From contig CM119268.1 of assembly GCA_051294375.1 (NCBI GenBank), positions 13,275,770 to 13,339,769 of the forward strand: a DNA stretch of 64,000 nt, given 5' to 3'. Both the position numbers and the translations under genes were made by a program. The first letter of the stretch is position 1. Each line of letters opens with the position of its first letter. The notes below the pieces were generated by a model. That model did not search any database and had not been told where the DNA came from. It was given only the letters and a program-made list of their open reading frames with translations. Shown piece by piece: positions 40,401 to 50,441 of the stretch. The stretch comes from Paraspadella gotoi (taxonomy: Eukaryota; Animalia; Chaetognatha).

Positions 40401-43400
40401 GAGGACAGGCTACAATAGTAAAATTTGGCCACCGTTTTTCACGTGATCGGTCACGCACTCACACGATCTAATCCCTCCTCTGATTTTTGAGCCCGGGTTT
40501 TTTTTTCGTTTTTTTCTTTTCCTCGGTTTGCACTTTTGTTCGCCCGTTGCCCTGCATGCGATATTTCCCTCACTCACACGCACTCTCATGCAGTGGCTCC
40601 CCTGCCGGCTTTCGGCGGAAACTCACAAAAAAACAATCGAGCATCAATATGTGAAACTCCCGTCTCAAAACGCAGAGTGGCAGGGTTTCGGTGGTGGCGG
40701 TGTCGTGGCCGGGTCGCTAGGGCTTTTACAATATTATCACGCCGACGATAACGAAGACTATTTAAATGGCGCCGGTGACGATCGTTCGCCGACGCAGAAT
40801 AAAAAAGATTTTCTGGTCCGTTTGTCGAGAGGTGATCGATCGGCGACTTCTCCTCCTCCCCCTCCTCCACGAGCGCCGTTGCGTCTTCGCGGCGGCGGCG
40901 TCGGAGATGGCAGCGTCTCGACCACGCCGGATGGCGGTCTCGTCACGGTCCGCGCCGGACCAGCAGGCGATTCGCCCGGCGGTGGCGCTCAGGGCCACTT
41001 TCGCGGCGTCACGCAACGTCGCGCCCCGCCGCCAGTCCCTGCGCCGCGCTGCAGCGTCACACGCGCCGCGGCTACCGTCTACCAAAAAGACGTGGACCTT
41101 GACCGCGTCTCGTGGCTGGCGCGCGAGAAGACGAGAGAGAAATCGGTGAAGAAGGAGACCGACACGACGCGTCACCGTCTCAAGGCCGCCATCAAGAGTT
41201 CCATGACCGGCAACGACGCCGCCCCTCAACTCCGACAGTCCGTCGCCATTCTCAGTCTCGAGACCAACGGCGCCGCCGCCGCCGACGCGGGTCCCCGCCC
41301 AATAGTAGCCACGGTCACCTCCGTCAAACGGGCGGGAATAACAGAGTCTAAGAAACCCTCACCACCGCCAATCGTTTCCACCCCGCATCACCCCCGCCCC
41401 CACTGCACCACCACCTCGCCCCCTCAACGTTTCCTCTTCTTCCTCCTCTTCCTCTTTCCGCCGCAAGAAGAGGGAGGCGGAGGAGCGCGACAAGCAGCAC
41501 TGGGTCAACGTCCTCTACGTGGAGCCGAAGACCAAGACGTCCCCAGCCAAAGAAGAGGTGGCGCCGGTTAAGAGAGAGCCCGTCCGGGAGGCGCTGCCGC
41601 CAAAGAGAGAGCCGGTGAGGGAGGCGGTGCCGGTAAAGGAGGCGACCCCGGTTGAGGAGGCGCCGAAGATGGCGTCGGACTTGACGACGACAACGGAGAC
41701 TCTCAAAGTGGACACTCTCAATGGTGAGTTGAAGGCTTAAAGGTTGAGCTGAGTTAACTGCTGAACCCTACTTTCTGGGGATAGTGCAAGCCAGATCAAC
41801 CACGATATTTGATATTTGAATTTATAAAACTAATTTTTTGTACGTAAGATTTTATACATGAAATACTGATGCTAGCTATTATACTCAATGTCGAGATCTC
41901 AACAGGGAACTGCATCATGGTTAACATTAATTCCTGTTGCTTTGTTTCTTTATTAACTTTATATCTTTATATTCTTTCTTTTTCTCCATCTTACCCATCA
42001 TTTTCCCATCATTTCCCAAATCATCCCTTCAGAGAAACTGTCGTCAACGGAAGTGGAGACGACGACGCGATCGACGGAGGGCGAGCAGTGGTTCACGGAG
42101 ACGGAGGAGATTCGGTGGAAGGTCATCACGGAGACCTACGCCGACGGGACCACCAAGTACTATACCGTCAGGGAAGGCGACGACAAATACGTCCAGCTGG
42201 GTTAGTTTGGGACGGAGGTGAACTGGTTTTATTATAAAATAATCGACGAAATACTATATATATATATATAACATTTTTAAAGCGTAAAAGAAAATATGTC
42301 TTAACTTTAATATGATTAGAATTAAAAATTTTGCAATGCATAAAGATGAAAAACGAATATCCAGTGGCCACCCCTATCCTTATCTATTTCCAGGCGAAAC
42401 CCCCGGAACTGTGGAGACGACGACGACGGTCAACGCCGTCAACGTCGAGCGAGAGAAGCAACAGGTCGAGCTGCAGCGCATCCAGCAACAGCAGCAGCAT
42501 TTGCAACAGCTTCAGGAGCAACAAGCCAAACTGCAGCAGCAGCTGGAGGCGGCGACGGCTTCGCTGGAAACCCAGGAGATCGCTACGCAGGTCGGTGATG
42601 AAACGTTGCTGCCGGCCTTGGCTTTGTCGGTGCCATTCGGGGGTCGCCGATTGAGCGGCATCTGGCGTTTGCTGTGGTATGTTTAAATTGAGGTATTTTT
42701 AAAACCTCGCACTTTAATTATCGGTTTCTCTTTTATTCATATCTCTCCTGTTAATGCCAACATCAGATATTGGGAAAAATATTTTCTCTCTCGTCCCTGT
42801 GAAAGGGAAATATCATTTATAAAAAAAATGTTCTCGCACGTGAAATATAAACGATTGGCTTTTAAATATTCACGTTTGCTTTCTTTTTTTCGTGGTTTTG
42901 GTTCATCGTTATTCGTCCGACACAATACTCACTGGGCCCCGATTTGTTTGACGCTCCGCGCTTGCCACTTCCCTCGCCATACCCGTCATACCCAACGATA
43001 TCCCGAACACTATCCCTCCCAAACCTGCCCGCCCGCTCGAAATATAAACCTTTGAAATTTAATTTTATTTCGTAAAACTTAAAAATCAAAAACCAATTAA
43101 AACAAAATTTAAAAACGAAAAACAAAACAAAAAACAAATAAAAAAAACCCATCAGTTCATGAGTCCTCGCCCGTCCGTTGCTGCGGTTTCCTCTCCGCTG
43201 CATCACCTCACTCCACCGCCGCCGTCTTCCTCCGGCTCCTTCACCGTCCCCCCTCAACCCCCGCACCACCACAACCTTCAACATCACCACCAACAGCAGC
43301 AAATACATCAGCAGCAGCAACAACATCAGCAACAACATCACCAATCGTCCTTCCAGCACTTTGAGCAACAGCAGCAGCAGCAACGACATCACCACGACGA

Positions 43401-46400
43401 CGTCTACGGCTACGACCCGCTGGGCACGCCCGACTACGGGACCTTCTCCAGTCGGCGCTCGAGGGAATCGTCCGTTGGCGAGGAGTTTCTGGGGTACGAG
43501 ACCGCAGCGCCGGCGTCGTCGAGATACGGCGCCGGTTACGGTGGAACGGCGTCCTACCGGGGAGGATCGGCGCCTCGGTGAGTTTGAACACTTTTGGACG
43601 CGACTCTTTTCGCGATCAAACTCCATCTCACCCATTTTCCCCGCCCCACGCCCGCACCCCCGCCCTCCACCAAATCCCCAGCACCTCCGCCGACTATTCC
43701 CCCCGTTCCCCGCCATACGTCGTCGTCGACGGGCACCGCAAACCGTCGCGCGGCGCGGCCTCGACGCCGCCGACCTATTCCCAGGCGGTGCCCCCGCTAC
43801 CGGAGCCCCGCTTGGGTCGCTACATCCACTCTCCCGTCAACGCCGATCATCTCGCGGTGCCGCGTGGCAGCAACGCCCGTTCCCCGGCGTCGGCCTACGG
43901 AGCCGAAGCTTCGTTCGACGAGTACGAAGCATCGTCGGGCAGGGCGAGGAAGATCAGCAGCACCGCGTATTCCACGGGTGAGTTTGATGGGAAGTTAGTC
44001 GAGGTTTATTCTCGTGTTTATTTTATTTTTTAAAAATTGATTTTGCGTTGCATTGATAATTAAAAAATATTTCTTTCAGAAAATTTTATATTTGTAGCCT
44101 TTTTAAAATTTTTCAAGTAAATCCTATTGCAACATTTCTTATAATAAATCACTGTTACTTTATATTTTAAGTAAGTTCCGAATGAGTTTGTATTGAATAA
44201 TATCATCAATATTACTAATAATATTTGTTATCCTCATCCCGCTCAGCCTCTTCCTCCTACGACGTCCTCGGCGGCGACATCAACAAGACGCCTTCTCCCG
44301 ACGCCCGAGCTTTCTCCACTCCGGACGCCGCTCTGCACTACATGCAACAGCAGCATCAGCAACAACTTCACCAGCAACATCTGCAGCAACGTCAACGAAG
44401 CGGCTCCCCGGACCCGCCACCGCATCCCCCGCCGCCAGCCCCGCATCTGCTGAGCGGCGGCGGCGGCGGTGTTGGCGAGAAGGCAGTTACTTCGTATTCC
44501 ACGAGCCTCGAGTCGTCCGCGGAAAGGCGCTCAGAACACCAGGTACGATAGGAGCGGACGGTTGGATGCGAAGGGGATGCCGAGCGAAAAATCTAAATGA
44601 CGGGGTCAAAGCTTCAGGGTTTTATCGGGGATGTAGGAATTAATTGTGAGCGATTTGTTTTTTTGGGAGAATGATTTAGTGAGGTTACCGCTTGAAGTTC
44701 GAAGACAAATTAATGGTTATAAAAGAAAATTAACTAAATATGTTGGTGTTTTAACGTCGGAGTTTTTTTTTAATCAACTCTGTGGTTGCTTTATGTCTCT
44801 GATAGATTTTCTTAGTTACGTTAAAGTAGTTCTGCAATTTTTTTTTAGTTTTCATTCTAACGAATTTAACTTTTAAATTTTGTTTTTCTTTTGCACCCTT
44901 TATTGGCAGGAATAGAAAAAAAAATCACGTCGTAGTGCTACTAAACTAGTAGTAGTATTAGAGTAATATCATACATAAAATTATTGCTTATCGCTTTTTC
45001 ACTCCTACCGTTTCGCACTACACTCATGGGCGGGCCCCTCCGTTAATCAGAATATTATATACCGGTGGCGGATGCACGTGTTTTCTTGTTTAAAAAAAAT
45101 GAATTGACTGTTTAGAGAAGTACAATTACCGACTGTATACCGAGTGTATAGACCCTTAACCATTTATTTGTTTTTTTTTATTCAGACACTTCAATCGGCT
45201 GAAGTATCGACGGACTTTGGTTACAATTTAGAGGTAATGTCCTTAAAATTGGCGTCATAGATCTAGAAGCATCTCTTTTGGGCTCTGCTGGATTTGTCAT
45301 TTTCGTTTCGTTTTTAGTTTAGATTTAGGGGAAAAAAAACCAAGAATCAACTAATCCTTTTGTTTTATCATGCGCTAATTCGATTTTTGTATTCGTTTTA
45401 AATTTCTATTTTTTTTTTCTAGTAAGTACTAGTAAATTGAAAGATGACTTGGGTGGCTGTAGATATTTAAGCAGTTAGTGTGAAAATATATTTTTGAAAC
45501 TGTTCATACACGGTTTAATTCATGGAGCTATAGTACATCAAAATATCCATGTTGACAATGATGCATGTTAATCTCACGTGAGAGAGGTGAAGGAAATAAC
45601 AAATATATCGCTTATAAACTTTTTAAAACAAATTTTTCAATTCACCCTAAAAAATTGCCAACCATAACGCTAGCGTACCATAGCTTCGCTACATTTTGAC
45701 AGAGAAAAAAAAAAAGACAATTTTTCGCTCTCATCTTTTTATAAACATATATTTAAAATTGTATACTTCCGCAGTGTTTATTTGTTCAAACTTTCTCTTT
45801 TTATTTCTTTATTTCGCCGCGCTCTTGCTGCCATCTACAGTACCTTCCAATCATCCCGACCGACGAATACACTTTCCGCGCGATGGCGGACGAAATCCGC
45901 CGCACGATGACCAACAGTCACGCCATTCTCGGCCAGCTCATCGACGTCAAGGGCAAGCAGACAGAGATACAGGTCGGTCATCTTCAAATGTTACAGCACG
46001 CTCACCGATAGTAATAATATTGAGCTTTTTTTTCCCTGGGCGTGTTATTTCGAAAGAACTCGAGAAAAGATTCGAATTTTTGAATTTTTAAAAAACTTAA
46101 AATTAAAAAAAGAAAAAATTCCGATCAAAATTTTGGAGACAGTTTGTTTTACAAAGAAGGCCTTTATTTTTAATATTTTTTAGAAATAAGCACCAAACAG
46201 AGAAAGTAATCTAGAAAACTTAAAAAATTGAAACTGATTTAGAACTTTTCCTCATAATTTTAGCTTCCCTCTTTCAAGGCGCATATTATCAAGTGCACCT
46301 GCGCATGAAAGATAGATCTCGATAAAAAACTCACTCCTTTCAATTGAAATAGTAAATCAAATTCAAAATCGTTTTCACGTTTCTCTACTTCTTTCTACTT

Positions 46401-47768
46401 GCGGAATGAAAACTTTTAAAACTTTCTTAGTACATACTTGAAAAGATATTTTTTTTTTATCAAGATGTTCTTTTGTCGCCGAGGAGCCGTCGGGAGGATG
46501 TCCTCAGTGCCTTCTTTATAATCTCTTGATTTGCTCTTTTTTTTAACTTTTTTTTGAGTGAATGCAGGTGTTTCTCTCACTCACGGTTCTCGTTACCCCT
46601 CTTTCCACTCGAATTCGTGAAACTTAATTTTTATGTGTGCGCGCGTGTTTGCGTGCGATTCGCTTCGGCTTTGTTAAACAAATCTAAGATCATCCTACAC
46701 TGTCTCGTGTATCTAAATTCCTAGAACAACTATATCTAATCTTTTATCTCGTTTCTAAAAAAAAATGCAACTACCAATTTACCTAGTCCAAAACACAAGA
46801 CCAAAATATAAATGCAAAAAAAAATAATAAACATTATCTGTTTTGAAAAAGGAATCGCCAACAGAGAATGGCACAGCCACAGCCACAGCGGCCGTTTCAA
46901 ATCGGAAGTCAATTCCAGTTCCGGCACCGCGGACAGTGCGACCATACCCAATTCAACCAGAGGTTTATCTTATTTGATTAAAGAAATACAGTTTTGTCCA
47001 CTTTTTTGATCATCTAATCCTCCACCCTCTTATAATCCTCCACGCTAATCCTCCACCCTCCTATAATCCTCCACGCTAATCCTCCATTCCTCCGTCGACG
47101 CGAAGGTTTCCCCTCGGTCTTCCGATTCTCTCTCCGCGGTTCCTCCGACCGCCTCCACGAATCCTTCCGATCAGCGGCACACCTTCCCCAAGCGAGTCCA
47201 TTTCACGCCTCCGCCGCCTCGGCACATCGTATCCTCGCCGACGGCCGGCGCCTCTTCCGCCGCAGTCTCCGCCGCCGCAACCGCGTCGGAGACCGCCGTT
47301 CCAGTCTCCAATCCCCTCTACCTTTACGCCTACCCGTCCAACTCTTCGCTAAACTCTACTTTGTCCAGACTGGGCAATGGACAACGGCAGCAGCTGCATC
47401 AGTTGTCCCTGCAACACCAACACTTGCAACAAGTCGGAGAGATCCAACCGCAGCCTTCGAAGCGAGAAACGCAGCAACTCTCCCCGATTCCCCCGTCGTT
47501 TGTGACGCCGCCGCCGTCGTCTCTCTCTCCGCATCCTCCATGGTGCTCCCACAATGCGCCCGACCAGAACGAGGACGACGACAAGCGTGACAACGGCCGC
47601 ATCGCCAGCCTCAACAGCAGCGTAGAAACCACGAAAAAGGAATATCGATTCCACGAGTCCAAAAAATCCTCGCAAACCCCGAGACCGCAAACGAAGCTGC
47701 AGCAGACGAGGAAAAAGCAGCAGGATCAGCAGCAGGAGAAACGGCGCGTGAAGACCGCCGTCGTATGA
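33363..47768 (+). CDS. Spliced gene model, ~28 coding exons, ~1,900-aa low-complexity/coiled-coil protein of unknown family (further alternative exons to at least 50441)
   Basis: Consecutive exons with splice sites whose phases match junction after junction without stops (one noisy exon at 34259); GC-rich exons against AT-rich introns; no recognisable globular domain. Confidence 0.8.
33678..33920 (+). CDS. Exon with Cys/His repeat (CSHVHHCPAHVCASHACALHSCHAH)
   Basis: CTTTTAG|A, 243 nt open, donor GG|GTAGGG, phase 2-2. Confidence 0.65.
34259..34459 (+). CDS. Exon with noisy interior (DE...PSSQSSVKLTLSNHSG)
   Basis: TTTTTCAG acceptor, GGG|GTAACC donor; needs a frameshift correction; the interior differs from copy 1 (28624 on). 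Confidence 0.45.
34864..35179 (+). CDS. Exon, Glu/Lys/Arg-rich helix (VSSSSKDCFVERPTSWSY...VKEEK)
   Basis: CCCTCAG|GTC, AAG|GTGAAA, phase 0-1. Confidence 0.75.
35409..35482 (+). CDS. Exon (DSDKMSMK...ETAK)
   Basis: Strong pyrimidine tract + TAG, AAG|GTAAAC, phase 1-0. Confidence 0.75.
35886..35975 (+). CDS. Exon (VPTSGRKG...SRRQQ)
   Basis: CAG|GTT, CAG|GTAACC, phase 0-0. Confidence 0.7.
36336..36527 (+). CDS. Exon, poly-Gln (VSSSSHQH...DDDKE)
   Basis: AAG|GTC, GAG|GTGAGA, phase 0-0. Confidence 0.75.
36613..36786 (+). CDS. Exon, coiled-coil-like (ILLQRLQEAENRRADLMSKI...ERFEE)
   Basis: TTCAG|ATT, GAG|GTGAGA, phase 0-0. Confidence 0.8.
36888..37066 (+). CDS. Exon (SSSHSAHNSY...GVGVHSK)
   Basis: CCAG|AGT, CAA|GTGAGC, phase 0-2. 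Confidence 0.75.
37274..37322 (+). CDS. Exon (RDTAERRAKVDKLLMQ)
   Basis: TTCTTCAG|G, CAG|GTGATA, phase 2-0. Confidence 0.8.
37468..37614 (+). CDS. Exon (VASGGEEG...VSRNQ)
   Basis: Branch ACTAAT, CCAG|GTG, CAG|GTGAGA, phase 0-0. Confidence 0.8.
37710..37847 (+). CDS. Exon (APYSTLSS...QQNAQ)
   Basis: TTCCAG|GCC, CAA|GTAAAT, phase 0-0. Confidence 0.8.
38184..38295 (+). CDS. Exon (NLTLSESPTP...GISMR)
   Basis: ACAG|AAC, GGA|GTAAGC, phase 0-1. Confidence 0.78.
38377..38487 (+). CDS. Exon (SDALTPAKSPRIIKK...ENVHR); alternative donor at 38517
   Basis: ACAG|GC, GAG|GTGAAA, phase 1-1. Confidence 0.78.
38474..38544. repeat. 30-bp tandem repeat x2.4 spanning a splice donor
   Basis: Unit GAACGTTCACAGAGGTGAAAAGAARAAGGG. 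Confidence 0.92.
38703..38878 (+). CDS. Exon, PEVK-like (EVTKTVTYKPVP...PPEKRE)
   Basis: TTTTTCCAG|AG, GAG|GTGAGA, phase 1-0. Confidence 0.85.
39020..39325. mobile_element. 306-bp intronic insertion flanked by an 18-bp direct repeat (candidate TSD of a truncated retroposon)
   Basis: TTGTACCAATTTCATAAA at 39002-39019 and 39326-39343; the interior is CpG-poor, unlike the host DNA; no ORF or TIR recognised. Confidence 0.55.
39430..39504 (+). CDS. Exon with two QT motifs (MSIQTDLAKPAKTKLKTCDTQTEVE)
   Basis: TAAG|ATG, GAG|GTGCGA, phase 0-0. Confidence 0.75.
39585..39605 (+). CDS. 21-nt microexon (ENVDAKK)
   Basis: CCTTTCAG|GAA, AAG|GTAAGG, frame-preserving. Confidence 0.7.
40684..41331 (+). CDS. 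Large cassette or alternative first exon, Gly/Pro/Arg-rich (boundaries uncertain; in-frame ATG at 40588)
   Basis: Long GC-rich open frame; phase-0 acceptor GCAG|GGT; phase-0 donors are weak (ACG|GTCACC 41313 or CGG|GCGGGA 41331). Confidence 0.55.
41468..41723 (+). CDS. Exon with 11-aa KREPVREA repeats (KREAEERDKQHWVNVLYVEPK...VDTLN)
   Basis: Long pyrimidine tract, CAAG|AAG, ATG|GTGAGT, phase 0-1. Confidence 0.82.
42033..42200 (+). CDS. Exon (EKLSSTEVETTTRSTEGEQWFTETEEIRWKVITETYADGTTKYYTVREGDDKYVQL)
   Basis: CCTTCAG|AG, TGG|GTTAGT, phase 1-1; this frame is not in the ORF track. Confidence 0.82.
42394..42590 (+). CDS. Exon, Gln-rich coiled coil (GETPGTVE...ETQEIATQ)
   Basis: TTTCCAG|GC, CAG|GTCGGT, phase 1-0. 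Confidence 0.85.
43156..43577 (+). CDS. Exon or internal first exon, His/Gln-rich (MSPRPSV...GGSAPR)
   Basis: ATG at 43159 after an A-rich leader and weak acceptor; donor TCG|GTGAGT, phase 2. Confidence 0.78.
43682..43977 (+). CDS. Exon (TSADYSPRSPPY...STAYST)
   Basis: CCCCAG|C, CGG|GTGAGT, phase 2-1. Confidence 0.78.
44247..44542 (+). CDS. Exon (ASSSYDVLGG...RRSEHQ)
   Basis: CTCAG|CC, CAG|GTACGA, phase 1-0. Confidence 0.8.
45186..45233 (+). CDS. 48-nt exon (TLQSAEVSTDFGYNLE)
   Basis: Poly-T + TTCAG, GAG|GTAATG, phase 0-0. Confidence 0.75.
45841..45972 (+). CDS. Exon (YLPIIPTDEYTFRAMADEIRRTM...KGKQTEIQ)
   Basis: CTACAG|TAC, CAG|GTCGGT, phase 0-0. Confidence 0.8.
46852..46962 (+). CDS. Exon (ESPTENG...IPVPAPR...IQPE)
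   Basis: Weak acceptor AAAG|GAA, GAG|GTTTAT, phase 0-0. Confidence 0.55.
47014..47086. repeat. 31-bp minisatellite x2.4
   Basis: Unit CTAATCCTCCACCCTCYTATAATCCTCCACG. Confidence 0.92.
47106..47768 (+). CDS. Terminal coding exon of one isoform (VSPRSSD...KRRVKTAVV*)
   Basis: GAAG|GTT in phase 0, 221 codons to TGA. Confidence 0.7.
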   Translation, partial: VSPRSSDSLSAVPPTASTNPSDQRHTFPKRVHFTPPPPRHIVSSPTAGASSAAVSAAATASETAVPVSNPLYLYAYPSNSSLNSTLSRLGNGQRQQLHQLSLQHQHLQQVGEIQPQPSKRETQQLSPIPPSFVTPPPSSLSPHPPWCSHNAPDQNEDDDKRDNGRIASLNSSVETTKKEYRFHESKKSSQTPRPQTKLQQTRKKQQDQQQEKRRVKTAVV

Positions 47769-48385
47769 TGAATTGATTTCAGGTAGAAAGGTTTTTTTTG
47801 TTGTCAAAAATCGAGCGTGGATTTGACGTTTGAACAACATCCTCTCACCCACTTAACTTACCCAGATCGTCCAGCATCTTTCCTTTCCCCGTTCGTGAAG
47901 AAAAACTTACCCGATTGCAGTTGATTGAAACCCAAAAAAACCCCACTACCATTAACTTATTTTTTTTAAATTTCGTCTTGTAGACTTAATGTACTTTGGG
48001 CATCGGTACACAATAATTTTACGTTAAAATGCAACGACCAAAAAAACCACAACAACAACAAAAGAGGAAAACGAGTCGTAATTAAACGAATTCGTCACGA
48101 AAACCTTTATTTTCAGAATTCCACATTTTGGAGAAATATTTCCGATGCGTACTCGAATTTGGGTAAAAGATGATAAATTTCTCTGTCAGTATTGTTGGCT
48201 TCACGCTGTTTCCGGTTGCACCTCCGTGTCGGTTTTGACGGTATTAGATACAAATTATAATTGTAGATTGTATAACCACTGGTTATTAACCAGCTCTCTT
48301 TCTTTTCTCGTTATTTACTCCCCTTTTTCACTTGGCGTAAAAAAAACAAAAAAAAAAAACCAAATTGATAATAAAAACCGGACAG

Positions 48386-48614
48386 ATCCTGGTCTTGCCG
48401 GAAACGTCTCGCGTCATCGCCGCCCTCCCGCCGGGAACGGCCCTGATCCATCGGCGCCGAAATTCCGCTCCGGACGCCGATAGAAGGCTTCCGCTCGCGA
48501 GCCGGAATCCGGCGTCGGCCGTTGTCTCGGCCGCCGACGAACGTCCGTTTTATCGCGACGGGGATTTAAACTCTAAATCCTTCAAAATCGAGGGCGGCGA
48601 CGTCGAGATCGTTT

Positions 48615-48660
<46 letters not shown>

Positions 48661-48910
48661 TCCCAAGGTCGTCGTCCGCGTCGAGTCTTTCTCGGCGACG
48701 ACGACGAAATCTTCTTCCCTTCGACGAGATTGCGATTTTTCGAAATCCAAAGCTCCGCCTCTCGATCAATCCTCGCAAAAGCCGAGCTCGTTATCTCCGA
48801 AGAAGCTTCGTGTCTCAAGTTGCGATCCATCGTTGTTGTCGTCTTCGTCGTCGTCGTTTTACCCGCGAATATCCTTATCTTTCGTGGACTCGGTCAGATC
48901 AAGTCCGAAG
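48386..48910 (+). CDS. Alternative exon with poly-Asp (ILVLPETSRV...SSPK; or stop at 48919)
   Basis: ACAG|ATC in phase 0; 175 open codons; AAG|GTTCGG donor. Confidence 0.55.
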
Positions 48911-49370
48911 GTTCGGTGATACAGTTTTTGGTCCTTGTTTTTTTTTTTTTTTTTTTTTGGCTTTGATCACTGTCACAGTGTCACTGGGTGTTTCGTGGAA
49001 AAAAACAAACGTCATAATGACTTTTCTCACCACTCACTTATTTAAATGGGCACGATTCTGAATGTCCAACATACTGAGAAATATATTTTTTAAAAGTAAA
49101 CATTATTCGTGTAAATCCACTTAGTTTGGAAAATTGGTGAAAGGTGGCACCGTCTTTAGTTCCGTGTTTCCGTTTTATCTTTTTGGGTCGGCCAAGTTTT
49201 TCGACCCGAGAATTAAAATGACTCGCACGTTGTTGTGGCAACGATTTAGATTATCTGAAAAAAAAACAGTTTGTACGCACCTCGATCGAATCGATAGTAA
49301 CGATCCGAATTCCGTCGTTATAAGTTGACTAATTTGATCTCATACTCTTTTATTTTCATTTTCACGAAAG

Positions 49371-50441
49371 ACTCGAGAGGCGCTCTCTGATCTCTCTTCT
49401 AAAATCCCATCCCATTCTCAATCTCGAGCTTCCGCCGCCTCTGATCTTCCATTCTCCAATGTGTTCTCGTCTGACCCAAGTTCTCTTCAAGCGTTCTCCA
49501 TTCCTGATCCCCACCGAACCCCTCTTCCTCAGAGTTCTTCCTCTTCCCTCTCATCACTTCGCCCTTCTTCTCCAAAGCACCCCTCGCCCTCTCCATCGCA
49601 TTCTTCCACTCTATTCCTGATTCCTCGTCTCAGTTCTCCTAATTCTCCTGCGAGAGAACATTCTCCCCCAGGCCGTAAGTTTTTCCGCGAAGAATTCCCT
49701 CTGAGCCGTTCTCCAACGTCAACTAGCGATCCCCCGACGACGCGTTCTCCGCTTCCAATCTGCATTCAATCTCGTTCTCCTTCTCACCTTCATTCTCTCC
49801 GATGCAGCTCGCTCACCCCCACCGCCGATCTGTCCACTCGCGATTCTCCTTCGGCTTCTGCCAACGCTTCTTGCTGTTCCTCCCCCACCTCTTCGGTTCC
49901 TTGCTCTTCCCTTCAATTCTATTCCCTCCTCCCGGAAGAGGAGAACGGATCTCGTTCTTCCACTTCCGCCCACGATTCTCCCACTGCGTTCTCCTGTCCT
50001 TCCACTCCCGCCGTCAATCGCGGTTCTTCCTCTCTCGCTTCTCCTCGCCTGCGTCGCTCCACTCGTTCTCTCGGCTTCTTTCCTCGCTCTCGCTCCACGA
50101 CCACCGCCTCACGTTCTCCTTCCTCGTCTTCTTCCTCCGCCTCGCTTCCTCCCGTTCCTCCTCCTCCTAATCTTCTTCCTCCCTCCTCCTCAGCAACTTC
50201 CTCTGTCTCTTCTTCTCCTCTTCCTCCTCTCCCTACCCACCCGTCTCAATCGTCTCCTATTTTTCGCGACGTTCCCCTCTCATCCTCGTCCTGCTCTTCC
50301 CCTTCTTCCTCCTCTCCCCCTCCCCCTCTCCCCTTGCGGGCTCCGCCTCCTCTTCCTCGCTCTCGTCCTCTTCCTCCCTCCGCTTCTCTTCTTTCGATCG
50401 AGTCCGACTATAAAGATCCTTTTGATGCTTTGACGGAGGAG
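49371..50441 (+). CDS. Large Ser/Pro-rich exon (TREALSDL...DYKDPFDALTEE); the gene continues downstream
   Basis: Branch GACTAAT and pyrimidine tract, 357 open codons, strong donor GAG|GTAAGG, phase 0-0. Confidence 0.75.

Noticed and set aside
39430-42590. KANK or titin identity for the large gene
   Set aside because: No KN motif, ankyrin, Ig or FN3 domain; the resemblance is compositional only
42862-43716. 284-aa minus-strand ORF
   Set aside because: Antisense shadow of GC-rich + strand exons; runs through an intron and the A-rich leader
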